Shown here piece after piece: positions 34,561 to 48,099 of a stretch of 64,000 bases of DNA; position 1 is the stretch's first letter, and every line of letters starts with the position of its first letter. The notes under the pieces were generated by a model. The model saw only the letters and a program-made list of their open reading frames with translations, ran no database searches and was not told the origin of the DNA. The stretch is from Orbicella franksi (Eukaryota): assembly GCA_964199315.1 (NCBI GenBank), contig OZ116702.1, forward strand, positions 18,166,001-18,230,000. Direction: 5' to 3'. A program made the translations under genes and the position numbers.

Positions 34561-36864
34561 TGGGACATCAAATCAGATGAAGGAGGGCCGAAAAATCGCT
34601 CCAAGTACAACCACGTCTCGGGGGCAAGCATACAATCAAGGTCTGATAAATCCCGCAAAGGTTCCTCTGCTGGGTTATGGCTGGATGGAATGTAGAAAGT
34701 CTGGATGCTGAAATTAAAATCGCAACTATCACCGAAAATATCCTTCACAAGGTCATTAATGCCCGAGTTTTTACAGCCATCACCATCTGCCAAGGGAATA
34801 CCACCAAGGGAAACAATCCTTCTACTCATCCAAAAAACAGCAATACAAAATCTTGACGTGAAGATCTCCATCGATGTAAACAAACAGCCTTGCAGATTGA
34901 CTAAGCTGAGAAATCGCTTTAATCATCTTGTGGATATAAAACTTGCATCTACGGACTGCCAGACTGAATGAAATTACCTTCCCCGCAAATCTCTGAAGCA
35001 TTTTGAGGCCAATGTTGAAGGAAGCCAACATCTGCTCTCAAACTGCTTAACTTGAGCATCTTATCATCTGGCAGTAGGAATGCTTGACACAAAGAATCGC
35101 ACAAGAAACCAAAAAAGCGTACCTTTGTGGACGCAACCCATTGCAACTTTGCAATACCAATAAAATATCCCGCCTCTATAAGCAGATAACACATGATTTA
35201 GGCAGCCGCATCAGCAAGGACTTTGCTTGGAACTAAACTGGCAAGAGCAGGGGAACAAAAAAGCTGGCCAACATGGTGATCATCGATGTACTGCGACACA
35301 GGAACACCAAGCAAACGAGCTGCACCAGTAACAAACAAACCCAGGTTATAATAGATAAAGGCACTTGCCTTCCAGCCAAACGGTAGAGTATAAAATGTGA
35401 AATACACATCATTCCATTCAAGGCCAAAATATGTACGTGACGAGGAACAGAGGAGCACATGTTGATAGCCGCTCTTATTGTCAGAAGACGTCTGAAAATG
35501 TCCAGGGAGAACATATCTGGGCAAGTCCAGATGATGATCAAGCCGAAAGGGGAGGTCCCTTATCCAAAGATTCAAATATCACTCGTCATGACAAAGATAG
35601 GGCTTTGAAGGCTCCACTGTAAGAGGAAGGACTAAATGAGGTGGGGTCACCTCACCAACCTCACCCTACACATCAAGTACTCCAGCGGTTACCCACTCAA
35701 GCACAATCTCGTGAAATAAAGTCTTGAAATTTTTCACAAATCTTAGAATTGCTGAGCTGTATAGAGGGTGGACGTGGCACGTCGTACGAGCAACCCTTGA
35801 AATTTCCTTTTAATGGCTTGAAAAAACAGTCAATGTTTACACCCTCCCGGACGATGTTAATAAAGTTCACTTGAGACAAGCTATGACCACTAAGTAATCT
35901 CTCCTACACTGGCAAATGATTATGAATTTTCCCCCCTCTGAAAAATGTAGGATCAAAGAAACGTAACTGCCCGATCTTAGCCAGGTCCAGGGAAGCAACG
36001 ACCATACTCAGCGAAGGGAGGGGGCCAACGAAAGGGGAAGTCCCCTGCTTTATATCACACACAGGGATATCACCAGAAGGAGGAGCAAGTCCACTAACTT
36101 TGAAATAAAATGAAACAGGACCCTATAAGGAAAAGGGAGAAGATTTATAAATGAAAACGTGAAAACAATCCAAAAGCAGGGGAACCACCCCTTCGTTGAC
36201 CCTGTGCTCCAAACTAGGTCCGAAATTGAGACACAGAGCAGGTCCCCCCAAGGTCAATGAAGAAAGCAGGTAAACTAGGAGAAAAAGGAACACGTAAAAC
36301 AAGCTAATGCGAAAACAAAAATTCATTGTAAACTGAGGCAGAAGGGACTACTGTCCAACACAACCACGACCAAACTGTTGCCTTGCTGGTGGGGCACGGC
36401 ACACCCAAGCGATATGTCCCCATCTTAAGCACCTGAAACACTGAACCTGAGCACGGCAAGGGTAGGGAGCTGGCTTGCCCACTGTAGAACCATGACGAAC
36501 AGGCATGGCAGGTGGAGGCACCTTTCCGACACCCGTACGTGATCCCCCAACAACCCCAGCAAAAGAAGGTGAAGCTGTTGGTCATCCACAAAATCCGACC
36601 TGGTCTTAATCTCATCCAAAGTAGCAGCGTACTCATTCGCTTTCTGGTTGTTCTCATTTCTCACCAGACGCAATGATAACAGTAAGAGCTTAACTGCCTC
36701 ACGCTTGTGAAACATTACTGCTGGGCGATTTATATACCGATGAAGCACAGCCAAGGCCGACTTGGAACTCTCTAGCGTCCTAAGGCATTCCAAGGAAGCG
36801 ATCTTTTCCTCTAATACTCTAATGCGATCGACAGCCTATCATGAAAAAAGAATAAACTCGAGGC

Positions 36865-37525
36865 CATTGCCTTCACCAGTGATATGCCCCAAAGCACTCC
36901 AAGAAATAATTAACCCAAAACATCACTGGCAGTACACTGAAACATTCTCCACCAGTGGAGTCCACAATACAAATCAGTGCAAGAAAACAATAAATTCCCC
37001 TACATCACAATATTGCCTTCACTTGTGGCAAAGCATAACACTTAAAAAGCTTAGCCATATAAATAAAACTATGCATATACCCCGCAAAACTGTTTTCACT
37101 AGTGAAAATCCCCAAGTTATAAGTACATTGATTGCAACACCTACTGAAGATATGCCTTCACTAGTAAAAGCTAGCAGTATACCAAATAAAGTACAAACCC
37201 TCCAATAAACTCCTTCACTGGTGGAATACCGATTTAAACTGAATGCAATACTGCCTTCACCGGTGGAAATCCTTAAATCATGTGCAACTTGTAATATCTA
37301 TACCACAAGCTGCTTTTGCCAGTTCAGTAAAACTAGCATTATCCCAAAGTACAAACATTGTACCAAACTCCTTCACCGTTGGAATACCAAATTAAAATGC
37401 ACGCAAAACTGACTTCACCGGTGGAAACCCATAATACTCAAACATATACATGCCACAAACTGCCTTCACCAGTAGAAACTATACCAAAGTATGAGTGCTC
37501 TATACTAAATTCTTTCACTGGAGAC
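36865..37525. repeat. Array of about 12 short palindromic motifs CTTCAC(C/T)(A/G)GTG(G/A) with variable spacers
   Basis: Copies near 36868, 36945, 37014, 37093, 37153, 37211, 37252, 37312, 37369, 37411, 37461, 37511. Confidence 0.7.
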
Positions 37526-37902
37526 ATGACACAAACGAGGCTTTTCTTACTCTAGCCGGCGCTAAATCCATCCCAAATTAATCATGCCAGAAACCAAGAT
37601 GAAACCCAAAATACCAAAGGAACAAACAGCTAAAAGAAATTTGTAACTAGGCAAAAACAAGAGCAATAAAGAGGAAAACAAAAAACACATGGGGCATGAG
37701 AACATTTCTACGTAAAAAAGTCCAACCAAAGCGTGCAGAATAAACCGAAAAGACACGTGTTGACAAAATGTTTGTATCGCGCACCAAAATAAAACCGAAA
37801 CCCGTACAAACATTATGCCAGACCGAAGAAAGAACACTAACCAGGCTAAGCAGAAAAAAAGACTAACCCTTCACATAAAAAGAACAAGAAAAACAAATTT
37901 AC

Positions 37903-38040
37903 CTCATCCGCAGAGCAAGGTGCCGGGGCACACTCTCCTATTGCTTCCAACACTTGAGGAGGATTTTGCACTGGCTCTGCGTCTCGTTGCACTCCAGCAG
38001 GAGCTGGCGGGTCAGGAAGAACACTAGGTTCATTGGCCAT
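37903..38040 (-). CDS. Putative leader exon of the DIRS element (MANEPSVLPD...CSADE, 46 codons)
   Basis: ATG at 38040, open 138 nt, GAG|GTAAAT donor in phase 0. Confidence 0.6.
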
Positions 38041-38312
38041 AGAAATAGCGGGCTGGTGGCGGCTGAGCAAACCGTGAAAAAAATTGCAAAACACGACTGT
38101 CTTTGTGAAGTACAGGATGAAAAGACCACACTTCAAGCAGAGAGACCAAATTTAAACCCCAAAAGGTGCAAAGTATTACCGACGCTACCAGCACAGGCGA
38201 AAATGGGGGAATGTGATGGAATAACCCCATGTTTTGCAATGAGCTAATTAATTATGCAGTGAGAATAGTATGAGCATATACAGCTCACAAATACGCATGT
38301 GGGTTCCCTATG

Positions 38313-38891
38313 CCTGGCATAGTCAATTGAACCCAAACCAACTGTATTTCAATCGAATTCAATTGAACTAAATCGAATTCAATTCATGGATTGAGTTCCA
38401 TTGAGTTTGGCAATTGAACCAAATTGAAGTAACACAAAATTAACTGGACAATCAAACTAAATCGAACTTTTGATTTCTGAACTCTTGAGTTTTTGTAAAA
38501 CCGGTGATGAAAATCAATAACTAGTTTTTTGAGGTTCCAGTTACTGCAGTATAACACGTGCTTTTCGTGTTTTTGAGTCCACATAACATGATCTTTGTTC
38601 CAGCGAATTTATTCACCGAACACAATCAAAAGCAATCCATTAGATTGTGTTTGATTGAGTTTGGCTGCTGAACTGAGTCAAACACAATCTTATGGATTGA
38701 GTTCAATTTGGTTTGATTGATTTCGACTGGTTGGGAAATTGAACTCACACAAAGTTCGGTGTTTGATTTGGTTCGATTGCCAAACTCAATCCGTGGATTT
38801 AGTTCGGCAATCCATGGATTGAGTATAACTCAAATCCACGGATTGAGTTATACTGGGTTTGATTTCCCAGCATTTGATTGACTCTGCCGGG
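38313..38891. mobile_element. MITE with 6-bp TSD CCTATG and internal ATTGAA/TTCGATT micro-repeats
   Basis: TIR CCTGGCATAGTCAAT / ATTGACTCTGCCGGG; CCTATG at 38307-38312 and 38892-38897. Confidence 0.8.
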
Positions 38892-39129
38892 CCTATGCCA
38901 CTGCTTTATTTGTGGGACGTAATCATTGCCAGCTCTTGCTCTATTGCGTTGTCATTTTACTTCTATGCTCAGCTTTTTGGCTGGATTTGGTTGCAGTTTT
39001 CAAGGTAAGTTATTTTCCATTTTTTAATCGCTCTGTCATGCTGCTTTGCTATTAGTTTTTTTAGACAGTGCAATAAAGCTCAGTAATGAGCTATGCAATC
39101 TCCTTTCAAAAGGGATATTTCAATTGACA

Positions 39130-40695
39130 AAATGGACTTCAAACTCTATAAAGGTTATGGAAACCATGCCTCTTCGCCAACACTTGTGCCGACCACTGAG
39201 CCTGAAAAAATGTCACACTCATTAAAAGCACTGAGTACTTCATGGAACACAAAGGATGAAGTTCTGATGTTTACAAATGCTTCCAGTATCTTGACAGAGA
39301 AGGACCCTAAGACAAAGAGAAGCTTGATTAGTTTGTACTCAAAAGTCTTCAATCCCATGGGTTTGCTGACTCCATTTCTAATGATTCCAAAGTTGCTGTT
39401 TCAAGAATTGTGGACTCCAGGTCTAGACTGGGATCAGCCACTAGACTCAGACATCGTTAACTCTTGGGAGACCGGGAAACACGAACTAGCAAACATTGAC
39501 CAAATCAAAGTTCCAAGGTGGTTACTACGAAATCTTTCTGCAATTGTCAAAGTTGAGCTCCATGGATTTGGTGATGCCAGCAAAAGAACTTATAGGAGAG
39601 GGGTTTACATTTGTGCTGAGGATAAGGATGGCCACAGAATCTCCAACTTAGTTATGGCCAAGTCAAGGGCAGTACCAGTGAAACGAATCAGTTTGCCAAG
39701 ACTGGAGCTTCTTGCAGCATACAACACAGCTAAGCTACTTGACTATGTTATTCAAACTCTCTGAATTGTGGTGGATGCAGTATATGGTTGGTCAGATAGT
39801 CAGATTACTCTTGCTTGGATCAGGAGACCAAGTTCCTATTGGAAAGTATTCATTGCAAACAGAGTTCAAGATATTCACCAATGAGTAGCACCAAGCCAGT
39901 GGAGATTTTGTCCAGGAAGTCAAAATCCTGCACACCTGGTGACAAGGGGAATTCCTACATCTAAACTCAGAGACTGCAAGCTATGGTGGAAACCTCCACA
40001 TTCGTTACAATAGCCGTGCAGTCACTGGCCTGTTAGTGAAGTGCTGAAAGCAGTTCCAGAGGAGTGTCTTATGGAAGCAAGGAACGAATTTGTTGGCGTA
40101 AATGACATTGTTTGTCTAGCAACGGTTCAAGAAAGCATTCCCTCACTGGCATTACGATATGAAACATGGCAACGCTTGGTACAAGTAACTGCATGGACCC
40201 TAAAGTGGTCACGTTTACATGGGGAGCCAAAGAAAGGAAAGCTGTCTGCAGAGGAATTAAAGGAATCTGAATTCATGTGGCTCAGAAACAGACAAAGAGT
40301 TGTTTTCCTCCTGGAAATTGAGGAACTGTGTAACAAGGGACAAGTGAATCAGAAGAGTAGCATCGTTAAGTTGGATCCACAACTTGATCAAACCAAGAAG
40401 CTACTGGTGGTTGGTGGATGTCTGCAGTTTGCTCAGATTCCAGAAGAAGCCAAGCATCAAATCATTATACCACATGATGACCCAGTTGTTGAGAAATTGA
40501 TTATGCACTTTCATGTCAAAGCTTGCCATGCAGGTCCAGAGATGACTCTGGCCATTCTCCGTCAACGTTTCTGGCTCACACAAGGACAACAAGAGGTAAA
40601 GCGCATTTTGACAAAATGTTGCCGTTACCAACCAAAGGAGTACAGATAACACCACCATTCATGAACACTGGACTGGACTTTACAGATCCACTGTA
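39130..40695 (+). mobile_element. BEL/Pao LTR retrotransposon internal fragment (RNase H region to start of integrase)
   Basis: TKR.L.S..SKVF.P.GL..P, ELHGFGDAS, AKSR..P.K.ISLPRLELLAA, NPA...TRG, H....HAG......LRQRFW; no LTRs seen. Confidence 0.9.
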
Positions 40696-41526
40696 AGAAC
40701 CACATGTCTTGCCAACATTAAAAATTTATAGCCGGATTCCAACTCGGAAAATATTACAGAATTTCAACAGAAAGTCTCATTCAAAATAATGTCTAACAGC
40801 ACTTGACCTTTCTTTAGAAATCATTCACGATTCTGAGCACTGTTTAGGCTACTAACAAGTCTCAGCATGATCTACTGTAACCTCCAAGGTGAATGCTATG
40901 ATCTCAACTGACTAAATGCTTGACAGTGAAAAATTGGTGCAGAATTTCAGCAACAACATAACCTATCTTAATCCGTTGAAATTTTTTTTAAGAATGCCCA
41001 GAGATTCCAAGGACTATTGGTTTTGAAGATTTCAAGTTAACAAATTTTCCAGCCAAGTTTCAGCATGCCATAAAACATAGGCACACAAAGCGTGCAACAG
41101 TTATTTTTTTGAGTGTGCAAAGTCTTGCAGATAGGAGCATTCATGGAGCTGTTTACAGTAATGATTTGGTTAATTTGTTAAGTTTTTTTGGTTGCAATGT
41201 ACAGCAAGAAAGAAACTGGGAATTGGTGATGCACATACGATGTTACATCAGTAATGGTAAGATTGCTAAATAGTAAGCCGTAAAATGTTTGACTGAACAA
41301 ACTACAGTAATCTGACACGTCTCCAGATTAATGTAGATACCATCTTATTTTCTAACAAGCAATTTGATTCGTTCTTTGATACAACCCACGCTGTGATTGG
41401 TGTGACACATGCACATGCATAACTCTCTCACTCACCAATCACATAGCCCTTCCAACCCCCAAGAGGAATTTTTGCTCAGAAATACTCAAGTTAAGAGACC
41501 TTTTCGCATTTTATACGAGTCATAAG

Positions 41527-42895
41527 TTGTGACCTTCCATGGGAAAAGATAAATTAACGTGTACCCATTAAAACGGGGAAAAATAACAGCTAACAGACGG
41601 CAAAAGAATGGCTTATGAAGGCGTTAAAACACCTTACTCATCCATTTAAACGGATAACAAGTAATTTCAAACGCTTGAGCATCAGCGTTTTAACGGCAGC
41701 ACATAGCAGCACATAGCTTTGGCAAGGCCAAAGCATTAAAACGAGTGTTTATCATTTGACTGTAGCCGTTAAAACGGATAGTCCGCACTGTTACAACAGA
41801 TAAACGTTTGGACAGACAAGGAATGAGCTTCTCAACAAATCAAAGAGAAGGAAACTGGTTGTTTAGTTGTAGTAATGTTTCGAACTTACATATTTTAGAA
41901 AAGCTTCCCTCCACTCGTTGTAAGTTGTTGTTGTCTCCGCTCGTCATCAGCCATCCGAAACTTGCAACAGTTCGAACGCGAATGACCAATTCAAAACAAA
42001 GCGATTCTCAGCCACACACAGAAGCCTGATTCAACTAAATAACGTGTGTTCATTTGGTGAATTAATATTTTCTTCAAATAAGCTTAAATATACTTCCCTC
42101 CTTTTCGTACTTCTCAAGCCAAAACACGACTCCATCATGGCATGGAATCGAGGTGTATTGTAGAGCCCTGGGAACAAAATGAAAAAGACGTGGGCATTGG
42201 ATTAACATAACACCCAGTAGCAGGCGAAGACAGAAAATGATGGACGCTGAAAACTTCAAATTTTGCGAATCGACTTACAGAAAGCTGGACCATTATAAAA
42301 TTAACATTTTCGTGGGAGGAGATTAGTTACAGTACTACTGGCAAACGTTTGCAATTATCCCGCTATGAGCTTCGATCAATCATAAGTGATCTTTGTCAAG
42401 ATTCAAGTTTCATATGTTTGTATTCTCCATCAAACATCAATTAAATAATTCCGAAGAATTAGCATGTCTACTTCTTGCTGTTTGAGCGGTTTGTTTAATG
42501 AGCGGATGTTTAATCGACATTAGTAGCAAAAAAAAACTTTATGATTGAACGGTTTATAGCGTGATGACATTAGAATTAATGGCCCCTTTTCTGAGCCGTT
42601 AAAACGTTTTGTGACATAAAATTTAACAACTACTGTTAGCCGTCAAAACGGATGCCTTTCTGAGCCGTTTAAACGTTTTGACATAAAGTTAACGCCTATC
42701 GTTAACCGTTAAAACGGCTCTTTATAAAACGTTTAACAGATGATTTTTGCCGTTTTAACGGCTTGTGTTAAAATGCAAATGCCATGTTAATGGGTTTTCA
42801 TACCGTTAAAACGGGTAATGAACGGAATGTTAATGTTTTTAGACGTTTTAACGGGAAGCTGTTAATGTACGTTTTCCTGTGGAAGGTCGCAGTTT
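41527..42895. mobile_element. MITE-like element with imperfect TIRs, rich in (CCG)TTAAAACGG motifs
   Basis: GTGACCTTCCATGGGAAAAG..AATTAAC at the left mirrors GTTAATGTACGTTTTCCTGTGGAAGGTCGC at the right; TSD not resolved. Confidence 0.5.
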
Positions 42896-43184
42896 ACCCT
42901 TTTTACACAACACAATACAACAACACTACTTCACCGAAAATAGAAAGAAAGAGAGAAAAACCTCTCTGACACATTGAAAGTCTGATTTAATTAAATTGCA
43001 CTTTAACTTGGTATTGCGCAGTCTTCAAAGAATATTTGAGCAGTTTTCATACTTTTTACCTTTAAAAATATCGGAGTGAAATGAATGTCATCAAATAAAA
43101 CTATTAAACTGCTACTGCAGAGACGTAAAAACGGTCAAGAAATGAAAGCTTCTTTTTTGTTTAATATCCTGGAAACAATAGCCA

Positions 43185-43590
43185 ATAACTTGTCAGCTCT
43201 AATTGAATTTCCTCCCACATAAAAAACAAAAGTGTTAAGTTACCATTTGTAACTAAAGATAGCAAACATCTTGTGGGAAAGAGTGGTGACAATTCGTCAG
43301 CTCTAATTGAATTTACTCTCTTGTGAAAAACAAGAGTGTCAAATTACCCTTTGTAACTAAAAAATAAAAATATCTCATTATATTTGCATGCAACAAAAAC
43401 AAAACAATCATCACCTGCACTTACTATTGTCAACATTAGAACTGTTTCAAATCTAAATAGTCTTGTCTCCTCTAAAACATGTCCTAAGAACTAGAAGCGA
43501 CGATTCGTGACCTCTAATTGAATTTAATCCTTGTGAAAAACAAAAGTATCAAGTTACCTTTGTAACTAAAAATAAAAATATCTCGTGGCA
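43185..43590. repeat. Three degenerate copies of an about 100-bp module
   Basis: CTCTAATTGAATTT...AAAAACAA.AGT.T.AA.TTACC.TT.GTAACTAAA near 43192, 43296, 43510. Confidence 0.7.
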
Positions 43591-44719
43591 TTTGCATACT
43601 ACTAACTCATGAACTGTTTCAAACCTCAAGGCTCATTTCGTTAGCAACTAAAATCCTCAGCCTAACCCACAGAAAACGTCGAAGTAAGCCCAATATATGA
43701 ATACTTCCTCCTCTTTTATAGAAGAATAAATATGGCCGTTCTAAACTGTGTCGGGATCAAATGTTCTCACATACCATTTACCTTTACAACAAGAAATTTG
43801 ATTGGCTGTTTATAGTAGATCCAATCTGATTCGTGTGACATACATACATCCCTCACTCTCTCACTCACTCATCCATTGACCCGTCCATAGTATACCCGAC
43901 CTGCCGACTAAGAGGTATTTTTTTTTTACAAAAAAATAACTCAAAAATGGCTTAAATTTGCTAGTGAACATAGCAATTTTTTAAATTGTTCAGTTCACAT
44001 ACTGACGGGAGTAATGATACTCTGATTTCCCTACCCTTCCTTATACACTGTACATAAATTTGTGACATCCCTGCCTTTGTATATACCTGGAACCTGAGAA
44101 AGGTCCATTTTTCAGGTGGAGCCTGAAAAGTAGAGGTCATTATAGGAAGTACTCTCCCTCGTGGGGGACTTAAGCTAGCGAAATTGCTAGCAAAATTGGT
44201 TATGCCTATAAATAGAGTTGATGTGTTCCTGCCATTTGGCAATTGCTGCTTCATAGAACTGTTTTCTGTTTATTCACGGTATTTATCTTTAAATTTCACC
44301 GCAGAGTTTTAAGCTTTCCTTACAAGCTTCTTGTTAGTAATAAGACCTTGTGTTGCACAATTCAGAGAAAAATCATTATCGCAACTTCAAATTGGTTTTG
44401 TGCTACATGCTTGTCCAATTTTGAAATTACTCCCAGGCCCTATCCTCCAGAATTATACTTCACTTGGTCCACTTACTATTACTAATCTGCTTGCCAAGCA
44501 GCTATTGTGACTATTTTGCAATCTACACTGTACATGTAATTAGTTTGTTCAGTCAAAAGCTTATGAGGAGACAAAATTTGGCAACAATGGTAACTTGCAA
44601 CCCATCTCAAAATAACACCATTGCTTGTAGTATATCTACTTGGTACTTTTCTAGCAACAAATCTACTTCCTAGGACCTATGCAGCATTATTTAATTAACA
44701 ACAGTCTAGAGATCCTTAC

Positions 44720-44893
44720 CGCTTTAACAAGATCTTGACATCTTGTTTTTAGTCTTGAGATTTCTGCTTCCTTTTGAGTGATTTTCTCTTCTAACTGCAC
44801 ATTTGTTGCTACAAGTTCAGATTTGTCCCTCGTCAGCTCTCGTACTTCCTCTCCATGACGTTGAAGTTCTACCAAGCGCAACCCTTCCATTTC
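44720..44893 (-). CDS. CEP70: CEP70-like coding exon 5: EMEGLRLVELQRH...RCQDLVKA
   Basis: TCCAAG acceptor, GTAAGG donor, 174 nt, phase 0 to 0, coiled-coil composition. Confidence 0.85.
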
Positions 44894-45699
44894 CTTGGAT
44901 TTGAAAAAAGTTTAAAATGCAATCCATACATTCTTAAAAATAAAAGTGGTAACAACTTAAAACTATCCCTCTCTAGAGCAATGCAGGGTTCTCATTAAGA
45001 GCTGCCTACGGGCTAAAAAAAAGTGGCTTCTTAGATTTTGAGCTGTTTCCTTTTCGTGACAAGGCTTAATATTACATATCTTTCTCTGACATGATGACAA
45101 TCTGCTGGTCTACCATGTTTTAATTCATGGCACTGTTACTTTCAATTTCACTCTAGTTTTTGGTTGTGTCAATTTATAGATATGAATGGGAAAGTCAAAT
45201 GCAGTCATGAAGACCAAAGGTACAAAGAACAATGATTCCTTTTGTGAACAAAGAAGAAAAGTAAGAGTGAAAAGGAGCATAAAACACCAGCAGTCACAAC
45301 TGTGGAATCATCACTGGATAGCCACATTTCCAATGGGCAAAAATAAGAATGTGCAATTGTTGGTAATTATGAATAAGGATGTTTACCCACATGTACATTA
45401 TACTGTAAGGCAATTAATCTGCCATCAAAAGATTTGGAAATTGATATTGACTCTAACACAGCTTTAAGATTCGTCAGGCAGTGTTTCTAATGGGTAGTAC
45501 TCAATAGAAGACAAAATACTCTAGCTGTATTGAAACACAAGGCAAAATGGCATGAAAGTGACAGCCACGGCTGGCTAAGATGTGGTAGCTAAAAGCAGGA
45601 AAACGCAATACAATGTTGCGTATGGCTAAACACATAGTTATTTGACACTGAACCATGTTTTCACTGGAATGACTCTTTCCTGTCTTCAACATCTCTCAT

Positions 45700-46420
45700 G
45701 AGTTATTCAGTTTACAAAAAGAAGCAAAAGTAAACTATGCTGTTTTGAAGTCATCTTGACTCCATTATCATGTAGAGAAAAGAAAATAATGGTCAAGATG
45801 TTAATTTCTAAGCTGAAGCATCGCAATAGTCTCATTAACTTGACTACTGCCATGTTCCTAAATTCTGCGATCCAAAATGACCAAATTTTGACAAGCAAAA
45901 CCGTCCAGATCATCTTAACATTCAAAGACCAGAAATCCGCTGACGCAGTTCAAAAACAGCTGATAGATCTTGACAACAAAATCAGAACAGAGATACAACC
46001 ACTCTCCAAAAGTCCAAAATTAGTGACAAGCTCTGGCTACAAGAGGGAAAGCCTGCTCTCACAAACCAACAATACATTGTTTATAATTTAAAATGTGATC
46101 TGCACAATGCAGATTGTGTTGGCTATACCACTCATCCTGTTTACCACAGCATCAAAGAACATAAAGCCTCTGCTATTGGCAAGCACTTAAACTCTTAATT
46201 AGACCATGTTACACTTAAATACAAAATCTATATTCTTACACTTTTCACACTATAAAATTAACATCTCAACCATTATTTTCTTTTGTCTAATTGATAATGG
46301 AGTCAAGATGACTTTGAAAGCCGTCCTGATATAAATGGTGCCATGTAATCAGTCAACCTGATCGCCTGAAGACTAGCAGTAAGCAGTCAAAACGTCACGA
46401 TCTACATCTCAAGTGACTAC
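45700..46420 (+). mobile_element. Old Penelope-like 3' fragment (GIY-YIG relic and dead hammerhead)
   Basis: ..NQQYIVYNLKCDL...DCVGYT....HSIKEH..SAIGKHL at about 46050-46200; CTGAAGA...AAAA CGTC core at 46366-46396. Confidence 0.7.
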
Positions 46421-48099
46421 ATCGTGAGACAAACATTAATATGCTTTATTATGGCATCTCCCACAATGAACAACAACAACCTTTTCCATAACGTGTTTGT
46501 TCTTCATGACCCAGTGCTGCATTAGTCTTCTGTAACAATATCTTAATGGTTGAGTTTCCAATTTTTTACATTTGACGGAATGTTCCTTTTAATATATCTG
46601 ATCCTGTTGAAAATGATATTAATTTAAATCAAAGCTAATTCCTAAGTAATGTTCCTGAGTTACTTGATGAAAATTCTACTGGTTTTGTTTTAACACAGCC
46701 CAACATTAACTGAGGCAGGAACTGACATTTCACAATGCTTCATGGCATAACTGAGGACTTTCACCTGACTATTGACTGGAAAAATAAATAATTTATACTA
46801 TTTTCGGAGAGCTGGAGAAGGCAAGGGGTGGTTGGTTGTGGTCTTGCCACTTTCAGAGGGCTCGCTACCTTTGGGGGAGGGGGGGTCGCTACTTTCCGGA
46901 TTATTAGCAGCCACGACTTTACTTTCTGGAGCTCGCTACTTTCAAGGGATCGTTACTTTCGAAAGTTTGCAGTTCAGTGGTACCAAAATGACAATTTTAT
47001 GGTTTTGATTCTCATTAAAGCAGACACGAAATACTTCTCATACAACATATTTATGTCGATTTTACATCATTATGTAAAATTACAGTCTGTTGTTCATCAT
47101 TTGTCAAAATACACTTCAAAAGACTTCTGGAAGTTTAGTTTCACATCAATTTTTTTTGTCTGCACAATAGTCCTTGCTTCACAGGCATTGTAGACCTACA
47201 TTATTTATTGCATGTTAAGGGCACTTTTTATCTCACACCCCGCTATTATGGACTCTCACTATTATAGACACTAAACAACGTTCCCTAGCGTGTCTGCTAT
47301 AACGATAGTTGACTGCACCGACAAAAGTTTTGAAAACAAAGGTCTTTCTCAAGTACCAAGGGAAGTTTTGAATGGAAACAGGGGTCGTACTACTATTTTA
47401 ATGATGCTATCTCGCGTTTTCTTTTTGGGTATCTGGATATGGGAAATAAAATACCAGCATTCAGTATACTATATACATAGATTACGATCACACTAAATAT
47501 TTAAGAGTGTTATACTGTTTTAACTGTGATCAATAGCAAAAATTAATCTCTCTAAAACAATCTCCAATAACTTTGCTTTCTACTTACTCTTTCCGTTTGA
47601 TTGTAAAAAAAAATTTATGAAATTTAACATGCATGTGTACAGTGTAAAGTTACCAATAAAAAGTATCTGTAAAGTGAGGTTTACTTGGTATTCGAACATG
47701 TCACTGATCAGAGGAACGTGTCCATTGTCTAGTTTGAGAACATCTAGGGCTCTGGGCTTTTCTTTGAAACAAACAAAACTGTCAATATTAAGTGTGTGTT
47801 AACTGGAAGTCATGGAGCTACTGTAAACAGCCGCTTACAAGTCCTGGGCTTATACAATTTTGCAAGGGGTTTTGAATGGGCTTCTAGCCCGAGGGGCTTA
47901 TATCTGGGGGCATTATAAATGGAATTTACAAAAAAAAAAAACGTTTGAAATGAGCTACAGCAATATTGATCAAAATACATTTTCATGTACCAGTTCTTAA
48001 TTAAGGTCCAAAACATCACCAAACATCAAATTCGTTTCATTTTAAACTAGAGGAGGGTGTCGTCGTCGTCGTTGTCGTCGCCTTCATCATGCCACATGT

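Larger units (their letters stand above)
32297..38270 (-). mobile_element. Full-length DIRS-group (PAT-like) YR retrotransposon with split direct repeats A1-ORFs-B1-A2-B2, decayed
   Basis: A1 38094-38270 = A2 32461-32639; B1 32634-32690 = B2 32297-32350; ATAGTA at both ends and at the B1/A2 junction; gag-like, RT (YIDD about 35280-35295), RNase H, methyltransferase-like, Zn finger and YR remnants. Confidence 0.9.

Noticed and set aside
36865-37525. CRISPR array
   Set aside because: Repeats are only about 12-14 bp and degenerate, spacing is irregular, no cas genes, and the context is a eukaryotic retrotransposon
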